A stretch of DNA of 64,000 bases, from positions 1-64,000 of the forward strand of contig KZ538401.1 in NCBI GenBank assembly GCA_000934665.2, read 5' to 3'. Source of the stretch: Catajapyx aquilonaris (lineage: Eukaryota). The position numbers and the translations under genes are program-made. The notes below the pieces were generated by a model. That model saw nothing but the letters and a program-made list of their open reading frames with translations. It had not been told where the DNA came from and searched no databases. Below are positions 38,143 to 51,117 of the stretch, piece after piece. The first letter of the stretch is position 1, and every line of letters begins with the position of its first letter.

Positions 38143-40098
38143 TAGTTTCGCCACTGCACCTACTTGGGGAATCCACCCCTGAACCTCCCGAGTGGAATAC
38201 ACCCGCTATGCTAGGCGCCTTCTCTGTGCAGTATATCCTGGCATTAATGTCCCCAACGTCTGCTTGTGAAACACTAAACTTTTGGACTGACAAACACTGC
38301 ACGGACTGAAACATCATTTATGCCGTTTAATTGGCATGCGGATCCGGTTCACGTCTAAATGGCAAGTTGGTGATTCAGCCTCACACGACAGGAGGACTTG
38401 ATATGCGCAGGCGATAGAATCGTTCCAATGTAAATAGGAGAACGCCTTATTCAGACGGCAGGAGGGAAAACTCATTTCCATTGACCAATTGCCTATTAAA
38501 GTTAAATGAGTCTCCTCCGCGAGGTTGTAAACGTAACTTAATAAAACAAGCAATTATCGCCTCTTAATTTCCTGCGGGAATAGATTATAAGCTCGTCGAG
38601 AAGCAAAAAAAAAAAAAGGCCAGCTTGGCACGAGAGGTAATTTTCCGTTTCGGCTGTGGGTCCAATTTGCCGACCAGGCGATACGTGCAAGTTCCAAGGG
38701 ACTTTGTTATGCGGAAGTCACTACAATGGCTATGTCCCTAAATCTAGGTTGACATTGACAACATCCGAAGTTGCTTTATTAAACTCAGATTTTCCTTTCC
38801 GCACGTGCTGGTAGGGTTTTGCTTGATCAATTCCACATTAGAGATTAGGAAGTTGGCCAACCCTGCTGTCCCTAACCCCATCATTTGGAGACCCCCTTTA
38901 TTGTCTCGAAAATGGATCACCCCAGAAGACTTTTGATGTGTGGCAGGGCGACACACATTACTGGGGGGGGGGGGGGGGGTNTTGGACCAAGGGAGTATCC
39001 GCTCGCCGTATAATTGGAGCTTCCCAAAGGAGAGATTGGAGTCCTTGTCCTCGGCCGCCAGAACAAAGGCTCAGGCGTGAAATTACTCGGCGTCTGACGA
39101 GCATTCGCAAAACCTAGAGAGTTCCTCCCTAGCATCCTCCAGCACAGACTTGACCTCGTCTGGAGCTTTGCCGCACCGTGTTACGATCTGCTCTTGCCAC
39201 AGCCGACTTACACTCTGCCGTCTTTCCTGATTTCCGAGGAGGAGCAAGAGGACGCCAGGACTCACATCGATTTTGCTCGGCGCAGAAAATGGCCATTGCC
39301 TTTTCCGAGATGGCCACAGATTCTTGCTGGGAATTACAGTCAGAGCATAAGGTCAGGGGAGGGAGAGACCATCGCGGCTTGGCCGATCGAGTCTCCTAAT
39401 TGAGCGCAAGTTTGCTGGAAACGCTCGGTCTCGCACAGGTGCCCATAATATGCTTGCCAAACGTGGTTTTCTTTATGGACTTTTGTGTGTTGCTTCTAAT
39501 GTACAGGGGCCTAGGTACCAGTTGGCTGGTTATGTTATGATTGCTAGTGGAGCATGGACGGTGTCTCATATTTGCAAGCGTAACTTTAAATATGTCTAAG
39601 GAATTTAACTGGAAATTATGAGGCCTGGTTATAGTAACTACTGATAAAATGGTCCAATTTATATACCCGTAGTGGTTAGCGATTTTTGGCATTAATCTGA
39701 TTATTTTTAAGCATTACTTTTAGTGGTTAAAATTACTTGCTAATTAGGCCGAGTTGAATCATCGATCGAAGCTGTGAATTGCAAAGAATTTCCGATTGGG
39801 AATAGTCCAATGGAAACAATGGGCAACGAACGTGAATAATAGAATCTATTTTGCTCGGTTTTAAAAGGATGGGTCCATGGAACCGAATGCAGCTAAAATG
39901 TGTCTGATAATGACTAAAATCAACTATACAAAAATAACTGCCTAAAAATAAGCCGCTAAATCACTAATCACTACGGACATTACAATAGAATAACTTAAAT
40001 GCGAAATTAGCGTAAACATTAGGCGTTCAAAGGCAGAAGTTGATGTATCCATTATTCCAGGGCAACCAAATACAACACATGGTCCATACTATACTGTA

Positions 40099-40290
40099 CA
40101 GGGTGACTCTAAAGTCTGGATACGTACGTAATTGAATAATTGGATTGTTGGTTTCCAGTTGTGCCAACTGGCAAGTTGTTGACAGTCAGTAAAGATTGAT
40201 TTGGCACAGTTGGAACTTGGAGTTGGCACAACTGGCAACCAACAATACAATTCAATATTACCTACGTATCCAGACTCTAGAGTCACTCTG
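40099..40290. mobile_element. Tc1/mariner-type MITE with TA TSD
   Basis: TA|CAGGGTGACTCTAAAGTCTGGATACGTA...TACGTATCCAGACTCTAGAGTCACTCTG|TA. Confidence 0.88.
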
Positions 40291-43203
40291 TACTGTACAT
40301 CAAACAGGCCTTGCATGCATACTCAACCATTGTATTGAATTCATTAAATTCACCACATTCAGTATAGACTATTATTCGCGTAAACAAGATTTGAAAAAAG
40401 TATCACACTTATAAGCTTCTTTGAAAGCCCTCCTTGATCGTATTAACCTGTTTGATCAGTGAAGGTTTACTGAACACAGATGCTCCTAGCAACGATGTAG
40501 ACTTAAATATCTGCAGTTCTTCGTCAACATCATACTTATAGGATATCTTACGTAAGGATAAAACTCCTCTGACTCTGAAATGACCTTCGCTATAAAATTG
40601 CATCGAGAAGGTTTCATCATCAAAGAAGCCGAAGGGAAGCAGTCACATAAGGTTTCCTAGCGACGCTCTCTGACCAATCTAAGAGCTTCCTTGCCAACCA
40701 CTCTCAGACATTCGAGAGAAAATTTCAAATACATGTTTCCAACCGACAGGGTATAAGAATAGCACCCTGCTTTGAATATATTTCCTCAGGAAACAACCGC
40801 ACGTAATGCATTTTCCGGGACGTTAATGAGCGCACACACACACAGGATACAACGCAATCGACTGAGCTGCAAGTGCAATGGGTTTGGTCCACTTGTGCTC
40901 CTACGCCTGAATTGGTACATTCAAAGCTGTTCCCAGCAGCAAACGATATCGTGCATAAACAAAAAGCGAAGGGTTTCGTGCAAGTGACGGGACAGAAATC
41001 GCGTGGCTCCAGCTTTCTGTGATAATTAATTGGGAATGCAACGGGAGCTAGTAATTACATATCTGAAACCAATAGCAACATTCGGGCAGCATGGAACTAA
41101 ATATTATGATGCACGCCAACAGGAGAATTTCTTCCCATCTGTTACACAGTCTGTATATTGTCAAAAAAAAAACAAGCCTGACCCGAACAAAGATTCCAAT
41201 CAGCGCTTGTGAGCTCCCCAAACTCAGGTCTCGACTTGACCGAGTTAACCGCCGTTTATTAGCTCACGTTGATTTGCAAAGCTTTGAGACGACGTTAGCG
41301 CTGCTGCCATTGGCAACCGGATCTATATAAGCCAAGGGGCCTGCCGTAAACTACGCAAAGATGATGGGAGTTGCATCAATCACAGAATTTATAGGCCAGG
41401 TTGATTGCGTCCAAAAGACCGACATTTCAAAGGGAAATATTTACAGTCTTACACAGTCGAGCGCCTGCTTATAGCAATACAAGACAGGAAAAAATAGAAA
41501 TAAAAAGAAGGGTGGAAAAATAAGTCGATTAAAACGTCGCCATTTATCCTGGCAACTAATGATGTGTCATATCGACTTTTCACAAGTTGAACAAGTTGGA
41601 ACACTTTGAACAAAGTAGCTCACGCTGTACATCACAAAATCAATAACCACACTCCTGTGATGAAAACACTTTCCCATCAAGTTACTCTACTTTTAAGCAA
41701 ACGCGCAGCCCCTTCCAGTGTGTCCTTCACAGCTGTTGCACCAGAACCGTTCTGTCACTGTCAAAACCAAAATGTCCTTCTGAGACGGAAGATGTGCCTT
41801 CGCAGTTCCTGTGGAAATTGACATGCAGTATGAAACGGACGTCTTTATGTATTATTTAGGGGAGCACACTAGCCTCTGATGGCATCGTTTGATGCCATTC
41901 GATTTGTCTTTGCAGTGAAATTTACACACACAAAGGCACGACGCGACTTGTGTTGCTCCAGACCTGAACCCGTGGCGTATTTACAAAGGAACCTGCCAAA
42001 ATGCTGCCCTAGTTTTAGGCGTCAGGTCACGCCCAAAGCGACAAAAAAAAAGATGCTTTCCGTTTACAAAAACTAGCCTTTTTACATGATTGCAGCGCAC
42101 AAGTATTGCTAATCGGGAAAACTTGGGTTGAGGTGTGAAGAAAGTTCAGGGGAACAAATTTGCAATGCATTATACACAATGGGTTAGGAGCAAAGTTAAA
42201 CTACAAATTGCATATGGGGCGTGGCAGGTCTCGACGGAAACGAAGTTTTGTGCGACAAGTTCCCCTCTCAATTCATTACGGTTATGGAAGAGTCTTGTTA
42301 GAGGCGCGCGGTATATTTTTGGAGGAGCGGGATATGTAATGAATCTTTCACCTGAGAGATCTCTGCAGCTTCCACTTTTATCCTTCCCAACAAAGTTACG
42401 AAAGTGGTTCATAGAGTTTTGGCTCGGCAAACAACTACCAGCCGCTGTCAATCTTAACTTCCCGGAGTATGTTGTTGCAATCAACTTGGAAAGAACTCCA
42501 CTTGGAAGGTTTAAGAGGGTTGGGCACCTAGCCAATATATTGCATCATCAATATTGGTTAGCTGGAGCAGTGAAAAAGGGGGGACTGGAGAGGAGTCTGG
42601 AGACGAAGAAGAAACCGAATGCAGAAAAATAACACGAATCTACTGTTCCTATTTCAGGTGCTCCTAATGGGAATGATAGCAACGTTATCCCCGTGCATAA
42701 TCCTGCTACTAGGCTACTTGGCTGCTGCCCAGGATGTCGGTCTCTCTGCCAACACCGACCTGCAATGTCCGTCTGCATCGTCGCCGCTGACCAGCGTATG
42801 GAGGAGAAATGAGACAGTGGTGGAAATCTCCTTCGCCACTGAGGTCAGTTGCATGCCCTACTTATTTACCCTGAGTAAATCACCAGACACCCACCGGACA
42901 GATCCCTTAGCTTGTAGCTCCCGCCAGAGCTCAGCACACATCCCCTTCAGACAGGGTTGGCATTTAGCCCACATCCAGGTTTTCCTCTATCAAACATCTG
43001 GTTCATCTGCCGCAGCCCCATAGAGCCAAATGAATCTAGGCACTCCCAGCTGATAACGATAGAGTAGAGCCTCTTGCCCACGTCCCTCACTGTATAATTC
43101 ACTCTCTCTGGGGTTGAAAACAAGCCCCGCGAATTCCATTTATCAGCGAAACCTTACTTAGGGTGGCACTTGAGTGGAGACAAACACAAACACCGCACAC
43201 AAA

Positions 43204-43205
<2 letters not shown>

Positions 43206-43246
<41 letters not shown>
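43206..43246. repeat. (GA)n microsatellite, ~20 units
   Basis: Directly visible. Confidence 0.97.
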
Positions 43247-43248
<2 letters not shown>

Positions 43249-46200
43249 GTGAGAAAGCCCTGCGAGAGTAAAAGCGACTTTGACTGCCAGAGCAAACTAG
43301 TGGTTCTTCTGCTGGTGCCGCGGGAGGAACCAAAAGCGAGAGAGATTGTCGCCTCGCAAGTTAGCAGCAAAATGTAGCCGGAACGACGGGGCCCTTAACT
43401 ATCCGGCAGCGCATTTGGGGAAATGGCAGGAATAATCTGCGGCCGCAGACCTGCACAATTACTTGCTGCCCCAAAACCAAATTTCGCCTCCCCGAAGAGT
43501 CTTAGCAGATATGAATAGGACCGAGCTACACTGACTGTAATCACACCCGCGAGAATTTTCATCCAGACCCAGCCTCAACTTGCAGTCAAATCTTCACTTC
43601 AAGTTTCTCAGCCAAAAAAAACTGAGGGGGTGGGTTGTAAAAAAAAGAGACAAAAACCGGACTCTTCCATTGTCCCAAAAAGTTGGCCCTGTGCTTTCTG
43701 GGCTTGAGGATGGAAAAAAAGGAGAAGAAAATGACTGTGCTTAGCCTTTGGCCCCCCCAACTTGGCCCATCTTCTAAACAACCCCCTTTATCCCGGGAGC
43801 AGCCTCATTTCTTTCCGGCATATAATTTACCCCGACCATGGCAACGGATTTCCGCCTCTCGGGCCAAATGGAGATTCGCGAAGGTTTGACTATAGTTATG
43901 CATAAATCAACCCTACGCGACGTACAGGCAAAAGTCGACGTGGACCGGGTCCACAAAGACCACACATTTATACGAGATTGTTCCCTGAAGCTGATTGCTA
44001 ACCATACGCTTCATTGCAGTTATTAAATTGGTATAGTTAATCCTCCCACCCACCAGAGGCGCTGCCTCCCCCATTGCGCAGTCGCAGAACGGGGGACAAT
44101 CGGAAGCCTGCGTATTATCCTCATTTGGTTATGATATTAAAACTTACGTAGATTAATGTGCATCCATCCATTGATAAGTAAGTGTTTGGATCACGTGACC
44201 AGCAGGATTCCCGCCATTTCAAAGCTCACCATGAATGAACCTGGCACTATTAATGTCGTCATCTGAATTAAGTACCACACAAATGAGGTTAGCGGCACAA
44301 CAATTTAGGAAGAAAACAATCCACTGACACAGTACATGATTCTTGGCTGACTCGGAGCTTATCCAAACAAACCAAGTAATTCATGACGCCGCAAGCTTGT
44401 CATGCCGTTGCATGGACAGAGCAACGAGTGTTATTGTGTCATAAGCACAGCAATTAGCCAGCCCACCCTTTGCAAAATTTATCTCCATGCTGATACGGCC
44501 TACGGTATACAGAACACCATGGGGCTCATGGGCATGACTTTATCCGGGCACCGACAAGCATACCGCTGGTGTGGGTCCCCCTCTTCCTCCATCCCAACCC
44601 GCCCATTTCCAGAGCGCATCCTGCATCTGAATTAATTCCTGGCAATAATATAAAGGGGGCGAGGGGAGGGGGGGGGGAGAGAGAGAGAGAGAGAAAGAAG
44701 AGCCAGGCCCCGGAGCTCATTTTTGGGCCCTCCCAAAGCAATTTGCCGGCACCCGCCAAGGAAAAAAACTTGCAGGCTATAATTTATTTACTCGTGGATT
44801 GTGCGTCGGACAGGAAATTGATTTATGCGATAGCCGCTGTTGTATATAGCCGTTCGTTAGTGGCGAGGCGGTTTCAGAGGCCTTCCATTTTCTCTAGGAA
44901 AAAATAGTGTGCCGAGACTGCCGACTCTAGGGGGTGAGAAAATAATCTCCCTGGGAGCCAAACTGAAGAGCGTTAAGCTGCACGGACGTAACCAAAGTCT
45001 CTGTTGCTTTTATTGCTGCCAGATTGTATGAGGTTTTTGTCATTTCCAGTGTGCTGGAAGCTAGCGTGCGTTTATAGGCCGCAAGGCATATTTGTCGAGA
45101 TAATAATTACATGATATAAATACTCACAGTAGCCAAGTGCGGTTTGTGGCACTAGGGGCATTTGGAATGTGATGCGGGAGTTCCTACTAATTTTATCTGC
45201 GTTCTGAACCTGTGGTTTTATTTAATGCATTTTTTTGAGATAGTGTGGCCCTCTGGTTCTGACATTTTGAAAAACCCCGTGCACTGGAAAAGTAATACAT
45301 TACCGCGCTGTACTGCGGTCGTGCCTATGCCCAGGGCCAATGCACAGTTTAATTATGAGATAGCGTATAATATTTCAAATGGACCGAGATTAAAGGACAT
45401 AATTAAGTCGCAACTACATACTCGTATATGCACTGCGCTCATTACATCTCTGCAGGTAGCCCAAAGTGCTTGCTAACTCTTGATGTGGGTGACATTTTTG
45501 TCACTCGCTGAAATTAGCTCTATATGTTCACCAATCTGTTGCTGAGCGTTAGGACCTCCAATTGCATATGACAAGTACGTGAAACATGAAATTCCTAATA
45601 GAGTAATCTATACAGGTCATACTCCCGACAAAATTAATGATTATAAATAGTACTGTAATAAATGTTCAGATAAATTTTACATCACGTGATATCATGTTCG
45701 GTCAAATTCCCAACCCCCACGTTACCGTCCTCACCCTCCCATTAAATCCACCTATACCACCTACCAGCGTGACGTGCAGTACTTTATTGGCGACACAATA
45801 ACGCTCAGCAATGACGGGTCGTTAAAGCAAGCAACCATACATTAAAAATATCTACTGCAATAATTGCGGGAGTGACACCTTTATTTACAAAATCACGGCA
45901 ATTTCCCGCTACCGCTACATGGTCAACATTTGCCGTAAAACTGACAATTCATTTGACGAAAATGTGCTGTAGCTGTAAATATGTATTTGCACTCTAGTGG
46001 GCCCATTGTAGCGTATAAATTACAAGAGAGTGGTGAGCTTACTGAGGCATCATTTAAAAAGGATGCTATATCGTCATTTCTCTATAGCTTCCCTATAGCA
46101 TTTCCAGGGCTAATAATAATCAATAAATGGTTACATTTCTTTTTCCGAGGTAAAGCCTGTAGCTTTCGTGTCCCTTAAGAGCGATAACAGAATTACCAAT

Positions 46201-49200
46201 AAAAAAGATTAATCTATCGGTGGTATAACTGAACTTCAACGTGATTAGGGTCTGCAGAGAATGAAAGAAGCAAATGATACGTTCCCGTTCTATTATTTCT
46301 GCCTATAAATTATAGACGTAGTTTGGGTTGTTGGACTTTCTTGCTCCGCAACGACCAAGCATTTTTGTAGAGCTGAAGTAGTACACTACCATTCTGTGAA
46401 AAAGGTCAACATTGATGGATACAAGAGATAGAGCATATTACCATTGACCACGCTACTATCTCGGTGAGAATGTGACAATCTTTCTAAAATTACTGTATTA
46501 TTAGACGTCAATAAAGCGTTCATGTACTATCCCTCTTTATAAAGAAGTGTCGTGATTGAGTGAATCAATGAATGTCAATGAGAGTGTTTTGATGAGCCTT
46601 TTGTTACAAAGCAGTCAATGGAACTTGGGTACTAAACTCTCTCTTAATTAATTGTTATAGTTTTATTGTTTACATTGTTGAAATTCATGGTTGCCGTAGT
46701 TTTCACTTTTCAGTACGCAAGTTTCAGCTACTGTGACTTGATTTTTCACCCTTGCCCTACCGCATTGAAGTTTGCCTAAATAGGCTATACTGTACTTTTC
46801 CAACACCCTCTCTGATCTTCACTCATAAAACTCGTACTTTGGCTTATCCAGAGTATGCAAATAAAGGCAGCCACAGTCATATCAAAATTGCCTTAAATGA
46901 TGACAACAGGGACGGTGTAGTGCATTGGATAATCCGTTAATTAATCTCTTGTTTTCCAATAAGCATTATCCAAAATGACATGTTGTGATATACCAGGTCG
47001 ACTGGCCAACGGCAGTTAATAAAATAATTGCTATTCAGATAGTGGTTCAACGCCGGTACGTTCAGAGTATGTGCAATCTCTGCTGTTATAATGATGACTA
47101 CACACGAGTATTACGAGGAAGCACTTTTAATAGTCACTTTCATTATCAAGCCCTGCTGAAAGTACAACTCATCTGACTGCATTAAATCAAAGTAGGGTAG
47201 AGGCCTTCAGAGTTCAACAATCAATTATTTCAGCCGTTATTAATGTCGCTGAGCAATCCATCAAAAGTTTTGACACCTCAATCTGAAAGGAATACTAGTC
47301 ATGATAAGTACAAAAAAATGCACTCGCAAATGCATCCACTTTCCAACTGCAGCATAACCTAATCTGGTATTAGAATTTGTCAGTTCTGTGCTATTTCAAA
47401 CTTTTACATCAGTGCGATAAAAGATAAAATAACCAATATTTTTGTAAAAATAATCTAATTCACACATTTGTAAATTTTTTTTACAATACCTTCATTATTA
47501 CACCGTTAACTTTCTATATGGGTGTTCCGTAAAGTTGTGAAGTCACAGACGGCATGATCAACGGTCCAGTGAAAGGAACTTCAGCGATGTATTTTTTAGC
47601 AACTGAAAGCGACAAGGTTACATGACGTGCCCATGTTGTATGGAAATGGCTCCTGATGTTGAAGTCAATGAATGGAAACCAGTGGGAACCTGACGGATTT
47701 ACCAATGGAAGCCTTGACTGTTCCATTCAAGAATTTCCCTTGTGTCCCAAGTTTTGCAAAGTTGGCCTGAAACGCCAGACTACCTCTGAGCCAGAGAGGT
47801 GAACACACTCTCAAGTGCGTCTATAAAAAAAAAAAGTTGGCACGACATGACCAGAAAGATTGAGTGCTCCATTGAACCACCGTACGAACCAGATAATACA
47901 GCTTATCGCTGATCCAGTTATTCAATTTATCCGCATTCACAGCTTGCATTAGTTTCTACACTATACCAATCAGCTTCTAAGCTCTTATCAATAATTTTAA
48001 AAAAATCCCTGATCCGAAACCGTGTCCAATTAAACCAGGGTCTAGCCTACAACTTGATGAGGGCTCACCAACATGGCCGAACCACCCTTTTTTGTCTCCT
48101 TTCCTCTCTTAATCTAAAAGCTACCAAATTAGAAGTGAACGACGCTTAATTTCAGTGGGAGAGTAGTGGAAAGATATCGCGAGCCGGGTAGGGAGGGCTA
48201 ATGTGGCAGCATCAGAGACGACCAAGACCATTGTGTCTCAAGAAAAGCTCAAGGGAAGGAGCAATCAATTTCTCTGACAAGACTCGGCCCCCAAGAGAGG
48301 AAAACTCGAGGCTCGCCAACGGGAATTAAAGGTCGGATTTGCCGCATTGTTTCAGGGACCTGGGTGTGTCTCCGTTGCACATCTAGAGTTCCTGTCGCCT
48401 GCTTTAGGCGGTTATTCAGCCCGGGCGATGCAGCAGCCGCATGTGATTTGTAGCTTAAGCCCCCCCCCCCCCCNCCCCTCTGACTATAGCTTGGAATGAG
48501 CCAACTCAAATGGGAGGCCAAGACTATCGAATATTGGAGGGGTGGTGAAAACAGGCTCTGAGAGGTTACCTACCGTTTGAATATTGCATACCGCAGTACA
48601 GTACGCTACTGTTTGGAATGCAATAGGGTTTGACTTACTTCAAAAGTTCCACCTAATTTGAAATTAGCTGCCCCATCTCAGAACGGGAGGCCATCACGTG
48701 CAAACACTTGGACTCCGCACTCTATTGTCCTGGTTCAGGACATCCTTGTGTGCATATGGAAATGAATGAGGCTCAAACGCCCTGATAATCATTCATAAAT
48801 TACAGGTCCGCCTTGATCCTCTCTGCTCTTGGCGGCCGTGTGCAAACCAAGCCCCCCTTCTGCTTCTGGCTAACCCCACGGATCCTGGGATATATAGAGC
48901 CAGCAGGCAGATGAGCGCACACAACTTTCCTACGTCTCCTTTTATCGTCCTTGTAACTTATAGACCCGTCCATTCTCCTTGGGGCCTCCAGGAAGGACGG
49001 ATGGCAAAACCCACACCTTGGATCTCACATCACGTTCGTCCCTGCTGTCCCACTCGTCTCACATATTTCCCCCCCATCTCTATCTGGCCCCATATTCTCT
49101 TCTCCCTGGGTTTATATACTCGGCCTAGTGTCAATGCGCTGGGGTGTTTGCTATCCATCTTCATCCCTCTGGGTTATATTAGCACTCTGAGACCGTAAAT

Positions 49201-51054
49201 GTGATTAATTAATGATGTGTTTATATGAGTCTCTTGCTCTTGGCTTCACTTCAAGTACAATCGCATTACAGTGTGGGTAGGGGTTACTAAAGGAGTTGGC
49301 GCTTCTCGCGATGCATAGGTGATTTTCAAGAGTCTTTTTGATATTCAGTGGGTTGCAGGCTGGGGATCTTTAGTGCTATCTTATACAGTCTGAGGTTGTT
49401 TTGTGCTGGGACGTCTCTGAACGGGGTTGAAATAATTTATGTTGTTGTAAGGCTGTTTTTCATCCGGATGGTCCAGAATACTGGGCCTAATTTGCACCAT
49501 GGCCTTGTTGTAAGAATAATGTTTGTCCAAAATTGGCCGAAATGAACAGCCATGATGTCGTGTTTCTAGGGTGGCTCAAAATAGGACCTTGGAATGCATT
49601 GTAACCTTTGACATATCTTGGAGACGGTTGATTCTTTCAGTGCTTAGTAAATGCATGCCAGGACACAGAGGACGAGACTTTTTAACCGTCTACTTGTGAA
49701 ATTTTAAAATCGTTAATGGCGTCTATTTTTATACCCAGTTCCTACCAACAGTTTGAAGAACGCGTTTTAAAAAGATTATGAGAGAGACCGGAAAATTTTG
49801 CAGACAATAATTTATTCAGTAATGGTCAGCGCAGTGTTCCCACTTTTGAATGTGCTTCACCACGGTGTACTTAAATGCAGCAAAAAATAGTTTTAAGAAT
49901 ATGCTTGTTATCTTGGAATGTTACAACTACCCTATAATCCTAAAAAACTATTGTGGTTTTTTTATTGTAGTTCCGGGCGCCATGCAAGACATAAATGGAA
50001 CCTATATATACGTACTAGTACTTGTAATGTACTGGACATTTACGCATAAGGTGGGAGAGAGTCTTCGATAATTTCAAGTTATACGCATACTTGGCCTCAG
50101 AGCGACAAAATAATCACGTAATAAGCACATTTTAACTGCCTTTGCGTGCTCTTATCCAATCGCATGTACGAAATATATAGCTTCAAATATATTGTACTGC
50201 ATATTACAGGCTTTTGTTTGTTAGCTATAGGTAAGGGATGTTCAAGTACAAACACGTCAAAAATGGAAACCTATAATATACCTAATGGACTTTTCAAATG
50301 CAACATTTCTTTTTTGGTTACGGGTTCAATAATAGAGCTATAAGAATGACAAAATAATGACGGTGCCAAGCCTTAAAATTTGAACACTCGACCCTATATA
50401 TTGCCTTTAAGACGGGTTCTAAAATTGTGTCAGTGCATTATGCTCTATAAATATTAAGGAGGGTCCGATGTGATAAGATCGCACTCGTCCTTGGTTCAAT
50501 ACATATTGACTCGCTCCACCACCCTTTCCCTAGGCATATTCTGGTGAATACTGTAGTACCGGGTTGAAATTTTTAAAAACCTATATGACCTTCCTCCGAT
50601 ATGCCTGCAGCTTTCCGCAACTAATCTCGTAAGAAGGTTGTAAAAGTGGAAATGAACGAGTCTACACCGCACGTAGCCTCAAATCTCGCTAACGAATTTG
50701 CTTCGTGCCTACTTCATGCAAATCAAGTTTGATAATCAAGCTATAAAAAGAAAATGGCACCTTGTGGCCTACAGTCAAACATCTGAACTGAAGTAATCCT
50801 GGTTTCAACCTTGTACAGTGTTGGACATTAATCGCGTCATACTGCCTGCGACATTTTCTGATGCGGCAGAAGTGCAAATCGAAATGATCTGTGAGCCGTG
50901 CGAGTAAGTAGAGGTAGGCCTTGATTGACGTCACCGGCTGGGGGGCAATGGAGAAAAGGTTTGTCCCAGCCAGTGACGTCACCCAAGGGCTACCATTTCT
51001 TACTAGCACGGCTCGCGCTCTATCACTTCGATTTGTACGTCTGTCGCTAGCAGT

Positions 51055-51117
51055 ATGACGGAATTAATGTCCAGCACTGTACTTCTAAGTTAGCAGTGGG
51101 ACAAAAATTCCACCCAT
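51055..51117. mobile_element. Tiny palindromic element, copy c of 3 (left half degraded)
   Basis: TACTTCTAAGTTAGCAGTGGGACAAAAATTCCACCCAT matches copies a and b. Confidence 0.65.

Larger units (their letters stand above)
36718..38156. mobile_element. hAT-like non-autonomous element
   Basis: CAGGGGTGGAACTA ... TAGTTTCGCCACTG (11/14 match). Flanks TGCCTACT / CACCTACT (6/8). Confidence 0.55.
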
